A stretch of DNA of 64,000 bases from Anaerolineales bacterium (GCA_041573795.1 JBFFQB010000001.1:18876-82875); one strand, 5' to 3'; shown: positions 18,882-27,054, counted from the stretch's first letter. A program made the numbers and translations. Notes: generated from the sequence alone by a model not told the origin.

Positions 18882-18910
18882 TTGCACAAACCTGTGAGAA
18901 CAGGTAGCAT
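18882..18910 (+). promoter_or_regulatory. candidate sigma70-type promoter TTGCAC-17 nt-TAGCAT
   Basis: Hexamers at 18882-18887 and 18905-18910, about 40 nt upstream of ATG 18951, which has an AGGAGG RBS. Confidence 0.35.
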
Positions 18911-18950
18911 GGTGCACAACAAGTGCCAAAAATTTACTAGGAGGATTGTA

Positions 18951-19136
18951 ATGAAAGAACCCCTTGAATTCTATGATGTGAAGTCCAAGACCAAGTTCAC
19001 ATCCGCTGATTGGCGGATTGAGAAGAAAGTATCCGACAAGGGTCGTGTGCAGTTCTTTGCGGTGACAAAGGCGCCTGCGGGCACACACGAAGCTTGGCGT
19101 ATTGTTGCTAAGGACTTCGGCGAAGCAAATATGTAG
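18951..19136 (+). CDS. small conserved-looking hypothetical protein (61 aa, mildly basic)
   Basis: MKEPLEFYDVKSKTKFTSADWRIEKKVSDKGRVQFFAVTKAPAGTHEAWRIVAKDFGEANM. Strong RBS (TAGGAGGATTGTAATG). Followed by a 12-bp perfect hairpin. The 97-aa track ORF start (18843) lacks an RBS. Confidence 0.6.
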   Translation: MKEPLEFYDVKSKTKFTSADWRIEKKVSDKGRVQFFAVTKAPAGTHEAWRIVAKDFGEANM

Positions 19137-19162
19137 CTGGACTTTAACCCAACAAGTTGGGT

Positions 19163-19200
19163 AATACGAGCCGCCCCAGGTACAGGGAGCGGCTCGTATT
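19163..19200. terminator. strong stem-loop (12-bp perfect stem AATACGAGCCGC / GCGGCTCGTATT)
   Basis: Perfect inverted repeat 19163-19174 / 19189-19200 with a 14-nt loop, preceded by a smaller hairpin ACCCAA-CAAG-TTGGGT. It separates the small gene from the E1 alpha operon. Confidence 0.6.
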
Positions 19201-19273
19201 CATTCTATAAGCAGTGGTATGATTGCCGACGGCAAGCGAATCCTGATCCACACAGTTACCACGTGGTTGACAC

Positions 19274-20194
19274 ATGAAATCCACCCCTGCTGATTCATTC
19301 CGGCTGATGCTGCAAATTCGGCGCTTTGAAGAACGAGTGCTCGAACTATTTCCACGCGGCTTGTTTTATGGAACGACCCACACCTACATCGGGCAGGAAG
19401 CAAATGCCGTTGGCGTGCTGCATTGGCTTGAAGAAAGCGATATTGTTGTCAGCAATCACCGATGTCACGGGCATTTTCTGGCTTATGGTGGTTCTATGCA
19501 CGGTCTGGCGTCTGAGTTGATGGGTCGCACAACCGGTATCTGTGCGGGACGTGGGGGCAGCCAACATATCCAGTGGCGAAATTTCTATGCCAACGGAATC
19601 CTGGGCGGAACGGTTCCCCTCGCTGTGGGCATGGCGCTTGCCGTGAAGAAGCAATCCCAGGGGTCGGTTGTTTTTTCCTTCATGGGCGATGGCACGCTTG
19701 GTGAAGGCGTGGTTTACGAGAGCTTGAATATGGCTTCCCTCTGGGAGCTGCCCGTATTCTTTGTGCTTGAGAACAACCGTTATGCCCAAAGCACGCCTAT
19801 TAAGCTTCATCTTGCCGGGGAAATTGCCAAAAGGTTCGAGGCTTTCGGGATCCGCACAATGCATATTGACAGTACAGATGTGGACCTCATCCGTAACACA
19901 AGTGAAGAATTAATCACCAGCGTGCGAAAGGCAGCAGGTCCAAGGGCGCTCATCATTGATACCTATCGCTTTGCGCCTCACTCAAAGGGGGATGATGTCC
20001 GTGATCTGGAGGAGATAGAGCAATTCAGGCGGAAAGACCCGCTGCAGCTTCAAGCGGCCAAGCTTAATCCGACAACGGTCGAGGAGCTTGAAACCGAGGT
20101 TATGGAACAGGTTGAACAAGCGTTCTCAACTGCACAGCAGGACCCCGTCGCAGACGCGGGCGCTGTCACAGCGGCTATGGATGAAACCGCATGA
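19274..20194 (+). CDS. thiamine-diphosphate-dependent 2-oxoacid (pyruvate/acetoin-type) dehydrogenase E1 component, alpha subunit
   Basis: 306 aa. LMLQIRRFEERV..., TPP motif GDGTLGEGVVYESLNMASLWELPVFFVLENNRYAQST (GDG-x26-NN). Confidence 0.88.
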   Translation: MKSTPADSFRLMLQIRRFEERVLELFPRGLFYGTTHTYIGQEANAVGVLHWLEESDIVVSNHRCHGHFLAYGGSMHGLASELMGRTTGICAGRGGSQHIQWRNFYANGILGGTVPLAVGMALAVKKQSQGSVVFSFMGDGTLGEGVVYESLNMASLWELPVFFVLENNRYAQSTPIKLHLAGEIAKRFEAFGIRTMHIDSTDVDLIRNTSEELITSVRKAAGPRALIIDTYRFAPHSKGDDVRDLEEIEQFRRKDPLQLQAAKLNPTTVEELETEVMEQVEQAFSTAQQDPVADAGAVTAAMDETA

Positions 20195-21186
20195 CGGGTA
20201 TATTGCAGGCGTTGAATGATGGATTGCGCCACAGCCTGGAAGCCTCCGCTGCGGTTTACCTGCTGGGTGAGGACATCCTTGACCCTTACGGTGGTGCCTT
20301 TAAAGTTGTTAAAGGGCTGTCATCGGACTACCCTGATCGAGTGATCACAACACCAGTTTCAGAGGCCGGCATTGTTGGTGTGAGTGTTGGCATGGCGCTA
20401 CGAGGCTTGCGACCAGTCGCAGAGATCATGTTTGGAGATTTCCTGATGCTGGCGGCAGATCAACTGATGAATCATGCCGCGAAATTTCGCTGGATGAGCA
20501 ACGACCAGGTGCGCGTGCCGATAGTTGTGCGCACTCCTATGGGGGGCTATCGGGGCTACGGACCGACACATAGTCAGACTTTGGAGAAACATGTTTTGGG
20601 TACGGCCGGGCTGCGCGTTCTCGCAGCCAATACGCTGGTGAACCCCGGAACAGTATTATCCCGGGCTATCCTGGAAGATGATGACCCTGTACTCTTTGTC
20701 GAGCACAAGCTGCTTTACCCCCAAATGATGTTCTCGGCGGGGAGCGAATTTGAAAGTCACCAGCTTCGTGGTCGTTATCCCTGGTCAATCCTGCGTATTG
20801 CTGGAGCACCGCGAGCGGATATAACGCTAGCAACATACGGTTATATGGCTGAGATCGGACGCGAAGTGATGGTTCGGTTGGCTTATGAGCGAGAGATCTT
20901 CGTAGAAATGGTGGTCCCAACGCAATTAAGCCCTTTCAGGCTCGATCCCCTGATGGAGAGTGCTGGGCGCACCGGAAGAGTTCTTGTGCTAGAAGAAGGC
21001 ACGTTGAATTTAGGCTGGGGGGCGGAATTGGCTGCCCGGCTCCTGGAGACACTTGATCAAGATATTCAATTTCGCCGAGTAGCCGCACGCAATATGCCCG
21101 TCGCAGCAGCGGCAAAGCTCGAGCAGCATGTGTTACCCCAGGAAGACGATATTTTTTCAGCTGCTCTCACTTTAATGAAGCCTTGA
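20191..21186 (+). CDS. 2-oxoacid dehydrogenase E1 component, beta subunit (transketolase-like Pyr + C-terminal domains)
   Basis: 331 aa. LLGEDILDPYGGAFKVVKGL...VITTPVSEAGIVGVSVGMALRGLRPVAEIMFGDF. ATGA overlap with the alpha-subunit stop. Confidence 0.88.
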   Translation: MTGILQALNDGLRHSLEASAAVYLLGEDILDPYGGAFKVVKGLSSDYPDRVITTPVSEAGIVGVSVGMALRGLRPVAEIMFGDFLMLAADQLMNHAAKFRWMSNDQVRVPIVVRTPMGGYRGYGPTHSQTLEKHVLGTAGLRVLAANTLVNPGTVLSRAILEDDDPVLFVEHKLLYPQMMFSAGSEFESHQLRGRYPWSILRIAGAPRADITLATYGYMAEIGREVMVRLAYEREIFVEMVVPTQLSPFRLDPLMESAGRTGRVLVLEEGTLNLGWGAELAARLLETLDQDIQFRRVAARNMPVAAAAKLEQHVLPQEDDIFSAALTLMKP

Positions 21187-21282
21187 GCTACACTTATATA
21201 CTGTTAGAGCCCAATAATACGGTCATGCATAACAGCAAAGATATTCTGAGATTTGTGAATAAGGTCGTCTACGGAGAAGGGT

Positions 21283-22404
21283 ATGGCTGAGGCAGATGAG
21301 GTTCTAATCCCCTTGCTCAATCCCAATGAGCCCGAAGTCCAGATTGTCGAAACATTGGTAGAGAATGGACAAAAGGTTGTTCTTGGTGAAGTATTGTGCA
21401 TCGTTGAGACCACCAAGTCCTCCCACGAGGTTGCAGCAGAGCGAGCAGGCTACGTCGTGTCCTTCAATCACACACGCGGGGATAAGCTTCGAGCGGGCGA
21501 TCGATTGTGCTGGCTCGCTGAAAAGTCCGGATGGACAGCCCCGGCAGCGGTAGAGCCGGTTTCCGAGATGAGGCGTGAGGGAATCCCTCAAGGTATGCGT
21601 ATCACCGAACCAGCGTTGGAATTGGCGAAATCACTGGGGATAGAGCTTGAGGAACTGCCAGGCGACAGGCTTATCACCGAGGCGGAGGTACAGGGGGTCC
21701 TTCGGCAGCGAAAGGAAAAGGTCGTAATGCCTTCCGATCAGCCACTGGATAGCTCGACTCTTGTCATCTATGGCGGGGGTGGGCATGGGAAAGCATTAAT
21801 CGATCTGATTCGTGCAATAGGCTCGCATAGCATCGCCGGGATCATCGACGATGGTTTGGAGCCAGGGATGGAGATTATGGGGGTTCCCGTGCTGGGAGGC
21901 GCCGATAAACTTTCATCTTTATCGCAGGATGGTATCCGCCAAGCGATTAATGCTGTTGGCGGCATTGGGGATGTGAACCGTCGCATTCAGGTGTTCAAGC
22001 GTCTTGAGGCGCAGGCGTTTGTATTTCCGACTTTGGTTCACCCAAGCGCATGGGTTGAATCCAGCGCAGACTTGCGCGCAGGCGTTCAGGTTTTTCCGCA
22101 TGCCTATATCGGCAGCGAAGCGCAGGTCGGCTTGGGGGTCATTGTCAACACCAGCGCGGTGATTTCGCATGATTGTAGACTCCAGGATTATGTGAATATC
22201 GCCCCGGGGGCATTGCTGGCAGGTAATGTCTCCATCGGGGAGGGTGTGTTGGTGGGCATGGGGGTTACGATCAATCTCAATGTATCGGTCGGTGCGGGTG
22301 CAAAGATTGGAAATAGCGCAGTCGTGAAAACAGACGTCCCTGCGGGACAGGTCGTTCGGGCGGGAACTAGCTGGCCTCCAGAAACGAATGATCCTAGGAG
22401 GTAG
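21283..22404 (+). CDS. chimeric protein: lipoyl/biotinyl-type hybrid-motif domain + peripheral-subunit-binding-like segment + NeuD/PglD-family hexapeptide sugar acyltransferase
   Basis: aa 5-80: VLIPLLNPNEPEVQIVETLVENGQKVVLGEVLCIVETTKSSHEVAAERAGYVV...GDRL (hairpin Lys45 = nt 21415-21417). aa 107-140: ITEPALELAKSLGIELEELPGDRLITEAEVQGVL (PSBD-like). aa 160-373: LVIYGGGGHGKALIDLI...AVISHDCRLQDYVNIAPGALLAGNVSIGEGVLVGMGVTI (NeuD/PglD). Confidence 0.8.
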   Translation: MAEADEVLIPLLNPNEPEVQIVETLVENGQKVVLGEVLCIVETTKSSHEVAAERAGYVVSFNHTRGDKLRAGDRLCWLAEKSGWTAPAAVEPVSEMRREGIPQGMRITEPALELAKSLGIELEELPGDRLITEAEVQGVLRQRKEKVVMPSDQPLDSSTLVIYGGGGHGKALIDLIRAIGSHSIAGIIDDGLEPGMEIMGVPVLGGADKLSSLSQDGIRQAINAVGGIGDVNRRIQVFKRLEAQAFVFPTLVHPSAWVESSADLRAGVQVFPHAYIGSEAQVGLGVIVNTSAVISHDCRLQDYVNIAPGALLAGNVSIGEGVLVGMGVTINLNVSVGAGAKIGNSAVVKTDVPAGQVVRAGTSWPPETNDPRR

Positions 22405-22409
22405 CCTCT

Positions 22410-23609
22410 TTGACAGAAGAAAACGCTAACGGTTCTATGTCGATCCCCATGTCTTCCCCGGATTTAACAGAAGCCGAGCGAAACGCGGTGCTGGAGGTAT
22501 TAAATACATCTAGGCTGAGTATGGGACCTGAAGTGGAGAGCTTTGAGCATGCCGTTGCCAAGCGCGTTGGCGCCAAGCATGCCATCGCCGTCAGCTCGGG
22601 TACGGCGGGACTGCACTTGTGTGTCCGTGCGGTCGGGATAGGTGAGCGAGACCTGGTGATCACCACACCATTCTCGTTTGTTGCTTCGGCCAATGTGATG
22701 ATCTACGAGCGTGCCATCCCCGTTTTCGTTGATGTCGATGCTCATACCGGCAACATCGATCCGGACTTGGTCGCACAAGCGGTTGCGGATCTTCAAGCAG
22801 GTGGTGAGGAAGCATCGCGCTGGTTGCCGCGTAAGGGTGCAGAACAAGCTGGAAGCTTGAAAGCGTTGCTGCCCGTTGATGTATTTGGCCAACCGGCGGA
22901 TTACACGTCGCTGAAGGCGATCTGCCGGCAGCATGACTTGGTGATGATCGAAGACTCATGTGAAGCATTGGGCTCGATCTATAGCGGCACACCTGCTGGC
23001 ATGTTGGGCGACCTTGGAGTCTTTGCCTTCTACCCCAACAAGCAAATCACGACGGCGGAAGGGGGTATGGTCGTCACCGATTACGAGCCTTTTGCGGACG
23101 CGATCCGCTCAATGCGCAATCAGGGACGAGCGCCAGGTGATACCTGGTTGGAGCATACTTACCTTGGATACAACTATCGACTGGATGAAATGAGCTCTGC
23201 TCTTGGCCGTGTCCAGATGGAACGGCTCGATGAGCTGCTTGAGAAGCGTGAGAGAGTTGCTAACTGGTATCAAGTACGTTTGGAAAGCCTTCCTTTTGTT
23301 GAGCCTCTGGCCATGTCGCCCTCAACTGATCGCATGAGTTGGTTTGTCTATGTCGTTCGTTTTGAAAAAGGGGTCGACAGGTTTGAGGTCGCACAAGCGC
23401 TAAAAGCACGTGGGGTTCCTTCCCGTCCTTATTTTGTGCCCATTCATACCCAGCCCTACTTTATTGAGCGCTTTGGATACCAGACTGGCGATTTTCCGAT
23501 CACGGAGGATCTGGGGAACAGAAGCCTGGCACTGCCTTTTTCAGGTGTGATGACCGAGGCGCAGGTTAACTTCGTGGTTGAGCAAATCAACAAGGTGGTA
23601 AAATACTAA
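22410..23609 (+). CDS. DegT/DnrJ/EryC1/StrS-family PLP aminotransferase (PglE/WbpE-like nucleotide-sugar aminotransferase)
   Basis: 399 aa. MSSPDLTEAERNAVLEVL..., AFYPNKQITTAEGGMVV (PLP-Lys motif), GYNYRLDEMSSALG. TTG 22410 has an AGGAGG RBS 7 nt upstream (ATG 22437 is the alternative). Confidence 0.9.
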   Translation: MTEENANGSMSIPMSSPDLTEAERNAVLEVLNTSRLSMGPEVESFEHAVAKRVGAKHAIAVSSGTAGLHLCVRAVGIGERDLVITTPFSFVASANVMIYERAIPVFVDVDAHTGNIDPDLVAQAVADLQAGGEEASRWLPRKGAEQAGSLKALLPVDVFGQPADYTSLKAICRQHDLVMIEDSCEALGSIYSGTPAGMLGDLGVFAFYPNKQITTAEGGMVVTDYEPFADAIRSMRNQGRAPGDTWLEHTYLGYNYRLDEMSSALGRVQMERLDELLEKRERVANWYQVRLESLPFVEPLAMSPSTDRMSWFVYVVRFEKGVDRFEVAQALKARGVPSRPYFVPIHTQPYFIERFGYQTGDFPITEDLGNRSLALPFSGVMTEAQVNFVVEQINKVVKY

Positions 23610-23868
23610 GTGGCATTTGGTGCGAATAAGCTTGTGCAGTATGGGTGAGGTAACCACGAATTTAGCAACCGAGATTACGTGATACGCTCGAGCTATCGAG
23701 CGCAATCCCAAGCTCAAGAAGTCAAACCCAAAGCGTAAGCCAACTGTAAACCGAATTCAGCTTTCCGCTGATGTATTCTTTGGTGGCATCAAAGCCCTCA
23801 GGCAGGATGCGATTATTCATCCTGCCACTTTTCATGGAAGGTATATTGGACGCTGCTGTCTTCCGACA

Positions 23869-24636
23869 GTGGCACGACAGCAAATATTGACATTGATGAC
23901 GAACGCGACAGCCACCATTTTGACAGGAAATCTGATCCAAATTCGCAACCTGGTGAAGGTCTACCCTACGACCGCTGGCGATGTTAAAGCCCTTCGGGAT
24001 ATTCACTTTGATATCGAGAAGGGTGAATTCGTGGCGATCTATGGAAAATCAGGTGCAGGCAAATCCACACTGATCAATATGATCACCGGGATTGACATAC
24101 CCACCTCCGGTGAGGTGATTGTCGATCAAGTTCCGTTGCACGCCATGGATGCCGATGCACTTTCGCGATGGCGCGGGGAGCATGTGGGGATTGTTTTCCA
24201 ATTCTTCCAATTGATCCCTTCCCTGACGCTGATCGAAAATATTACCCTTCCTATGGATTTCAATAACACTTATCGTGGCCCGGCCCAAGTTGAGCGGGCG
24301 CTTGCGTTGCTTGATGCGGTTGGCATCGCCGAACATGCGTTCAAGGTGCCCGCCAAGGTTTCTGGTGGGCAGCAGCAAAGAGTGGCGATCGCCCGCGCAC
24401 TTGCCAATGACCCCAAAGTCATCGTCGCCGATGAGCCAACAGGCAATCTTGATTCAACTACTGCGGCAGGCATTCTGGATGTCTTCTCAGGGCTTGTAAG
24501 ACAGGGAAAGACTCTCATCGTGGCCACACACGATGAAGAGATTGCACGCCGGGCTTCTAGGGTTATTGAAATCTCAGATGGATCGATCGTCTCTGTAAAG
24601 AAGAATAGTGTCGAACGCGTGGAGCCGGTGGCCTAG
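23869..24636 (+). CDS. ABC transporter ATP-binding protein (MacB/LolD/FtsE-type NBD)
   Basis: Walker A GKSGAGKST, signature VSGGQQQRVAIARAL, Walker [13 protein letters not shown]. Start is GTG 23869 or ATG 23896. Confidence 0.9.
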   Translation: MARQQILTLMTNATATILTGNLIQIRNLVKVYPTTAGDVKALRDIHFDIEKGEFVAIYGKSGAGKSTLINMITGIDIPTSGEVIVDQVPLHAMDADALSRWRGEHVGIVFQFFQLIPSLTLIENITLPMDFNNTYRGPAQVERALALLDAVGIAEHAFKVPAKVSGGQQQRVAIARALANDPKVIVADEPTGNLDSTTAAGILDVFSGLVRQGKTLIVATHDEEIARRASRVIEISDGSIVSVKKNSVERVEPVA

Positions 24637-27045
24637 ATGCGGATACCTGCGCGCTGGATGAAAGTTCTCAAAGAGATCTGGGAGAATAAAACCCGCTCGA
24701 TCCTTGTAGTGTTGTCGCTGGCAATCGGCGTTGCGACGGTTGGGATGATTAACACCGCTGCCATCTATGTAAAGCGCGATCTATTCGGGGCATTTGAACG
24801 AGGTAACCCGGCTAGCCTACACATGTATCTTTCACCGTTCGATGAGGGAGTAGCTGCTGCGGTTGAGAAGATGCGTGATGTTGAGGCGACGCAACCGCGC
24901 CGGGTTAAGACGATTAAGTTTTTAACCGAGGCAGGGGAATGGGAAGAGATCTCGTTAAACGCCTTCCCCGACTATGAAGACATCCAGATAAATATACCCA
25001 CACTGGAAGAGGGGCGCTTGTCGCTTTCGGTACGCGAGATTGCGATCGAACGGCAATCTGCGGAAGCCCTGGGACTAAGGGTGGGCGATGAGCTTACCTT
25101 GAAGAATGATGATGACCGCCTATTTGCAGTCCGAGTGGTCGGGATTGTGCATGATCTGTATGTGATGCCGTACGAATTGCTTGGTTCGGCAACGGCGTTC
25201 TTGAGCATGGACACGCTAGCGTGGATGGGGGATCCGTCTCAGTACAACCGGCTGGACATCATTGTCTCGGAAATGAGATCGGATAGAGATCATGTGCTCT
25301 CCGTTGGCGAGAAAATTGAAACGCAAGTGCTCACACCTGCAAGACATACCACTTACAGGACTGAGATACCCGGGATCGGATCGGACCCCGGAAGGCACTG
25401 GGCTGAAGATCAAATTAATGGTCTATTACTCATCTTCCAGATTATGGGTGTTATGGCGATCCTCTTGAGTAGCGGGTTAGTCGTGAACACGATATCCGCC
25501 ATCATCATTCAGCAGATCAAGCAGATTGGCATCATGCGTGCGATTGGCGCGGTGAGGCGGCAGATCGTTGGTATGTACTTGTTTAACGTCTTGATCTTCA
25601 CAATCTTGGGTTTGCTGGTGGCGATTCCGTTAGGGCTGGTGGGGGCGTGGTGGCTGGCATCCTTTGCCTCCAATTTTGCGAATTTCGATATTCAATCAAT
25701 TAACCTGCCCCTGCAGGTCTTGGGTTTACAGGTCATCCTGGGGCTGATGCTTCCTCTTGGTGTAGCTATGCTGCCGGTCCTTTCGAGCACAAGCATCTCG
25801 GTATATGACGCTATTTACCAGTACGGTATTGGTACTAAAGGCAAGAACGGTTTCGTCGATCGGTTATTGATTCGAGTCCGCAATCTAACACCGCCCGTGT
25901 TATTTTCCTTGCGGAACACATTCCGGAACAAGGCGCGCCTCACCTTTACGCTTGTCACTTTGACACTTTCTGGCGCAATGTTTATCAGTGTATTCAGCAC
26001 GCGCGCATCCTTGTCTTCTCAAATTGATGAGATCTCTCGTTATTTAAATTTTGACGCCGCTATTGCTGTGCCGGGGGGTTCGATGCGCGCAACGGTAGAG
26101 CGAGAAGCACGCCGTATTGAAGGCGTCAACGTGGTTGAAAGCTGGTCGGTTGATAGCGCGACGATTCAATATGCCGATGGTAGGGAGAGCGAACAGCTCC
26201 AGGTTATCGGCTTACCCCATGATGCCCAGACGATCGACCCTTTGCTCGTCGAAGGGCGTTGGCTCGCTATGGGTGAATCACTGGGGGTCGTTATTAACGA
26301 GGACCTTACCGGTGTGGAAACTGCAGTTGATGTCGGGAGCGAAATCACCTTGAAGGTTGGCCAAAAGGAACAAACCTACGTTGTTGTCGGTGTTGTTTCT
26401 AAGCATCTATCGGGAGCGCGGGTATACATGACCCCAACAATGTTTGGAAGATTGACAAACCGCTACAACCAGGCTGATTCGGTGCGCGTGCGCCTGGATG
26501 CCAACGTATTGAGCGCGCCCAAAGAACAGGACTTGCTTGGCGCCCAGCTAGAGACCCGCTTCGAAAACGCTGGTATTAGCCGAAGCGACAGCACAACCCA
26601 CTACGCAATTTTTGGAGATTTTACCGATGTATTCGATATTGTCCTGATTATCCTCATCATTATGGCCGTACTGTTAGCGGTCGTTGGGGGGCTAGGATTA
26701 ACGGGCACATTGTCGATCAACGTCCTCGAACGAACCCGTGAAATTGGCGTATTGCGAGCGGTTGGCGCTTCCAACACCTCCGTTCGTAGGGTGGTATTGA
26801 CCGAAGGTGTAGTGATTGGATTCGTAAGCTGGGTTTTGGGCGCGTTGCTTTCCGGGCCAGCAGGTTTGGTCTTGGCTGCTGCCATTGTTACCGCCATGTT
26901 GAAAGCTGAACTGAGTTACCAGTACTCTTTCCCCGGGTTGCTCATTTGGCTTGTCGTCATTGGTGTGATAGGCGTTCTAGCCAGCCTGGGACCGGCACAA
27001 CGTGCAGCCTCTTTGACAGTCAGGGAAGTGTTGGATTATGAGTAG
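24637..27045 (+). CDS. ABC transporter permease with two FtsX-type domains (MacB-like pseudo-dimer)
   Basis: 802 aa. Two blocks of TM helices with the conserved ...IGIMRAIGA... and ...IGVLRAVGAS... FtsX motifs, each preceded by a large extracytoplasmic domain. Confidence 0.88.
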   Translation: MRIPARWMKVLKEIWENKTRSILVVLSLAIGVATVGMINTAAIYVKRDLFGAFERGNPASLHMYLSPFDEGVAAAVEKMRDVEATQPRRVKTIKFLTEAGEWEEISLNAFPDYEDIQINIPTLEEGRLSLSVREIAIERQSAEALGLRVGDELTLKNDDDRLFAVRVVGIVHDLYVMPYELLGSATAFLSMDTLAWMGDPSQYNRLDIIVSEMRSDRDHVLSVGEKIETQVLTPARHTTYRTEIPGIGSDPGRHWAEDQINGLLLIFQIMGVMAILLSSGLVVNTISAIIIQQIKQIGIMRAIGAVRRQIVGMYLFNVLIFTILGLLVAIPLGLVGAWWLASFASNFANFDIQSINLPLQVLGLQVILGLMLPLGVAMLPVLSSTSISVYDAIYQYGIGTKGKNGFVDRLLIRVRNLTPPVLFSLRNTFRNKARLTFTLVTLTLSGAMFISVFSTRASLSSQIDEISRYLNFDAAIAVPGGSMRATVEREARRIEGVNVVESWSVDSATIQYADGRESEQLQVIGLPHDAQTIDPLLVEGRWLAMGESLGVVINEDLTGVETAVDVGSEITLKVGQKEQTYVVVGVVSKHLSGARVYMTPTMFGRLTNRYNQADSVRVRLDANVLSAPKEQDLLGAQLETRFENAGISRSDSTTHYAIFGDFTDVFDIVLIILIIMAVLLAVVGGLGLTGTLSINVLERTREIGVLRAVGASNTSVRRVVLTEGVVIGFVSWVLGALLSGPAGLVLAAAIVTAMLKAELSYQYSFPGLLIWLVVIGVIGVLASLGPAQRAASLTVREVLDYE

Positions 27046-27054
27046 GGAAAATAG

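Noticed and set aside
18843-18950. N-terminal extension giving a 97-aa version of the small protein
   Set aside because: The extension is C/H/R-rich and has no RBS. ATG 18951 has a near-perfect AGGAGG at ideal spacing, and a promoter-like element falls inside the extension.
19346-19864. 172-aa minus-strand ORF opposite E1 alpha
   Set aside because: The plus-strand frame carries the TPP-binding motif. The antisense product has no recognisable features.
23799-23826. Hairpin GGCAGGATG-CGATTATT-CATCCTGCC followed by ACTTTTC, 190 nt after the aminotransferase stop; considered as the glycan-locus terminator or an RNA element
   Set aside because: It is plausible as a terminator, but it is distant from the stop and has a short U-tract. 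I found no conserved riboswitch-like core in 23610-23868.
24049-24378. 109-aa antisense ORF that closely resembles another antisense ORF at 27268-27597 (both start MLLPTR...)
   Set aside because: The similarity simply mirrors the paralogy of the two ABC ATPase genes on the plus strand. It is not evidence for a conserved antisense gene.
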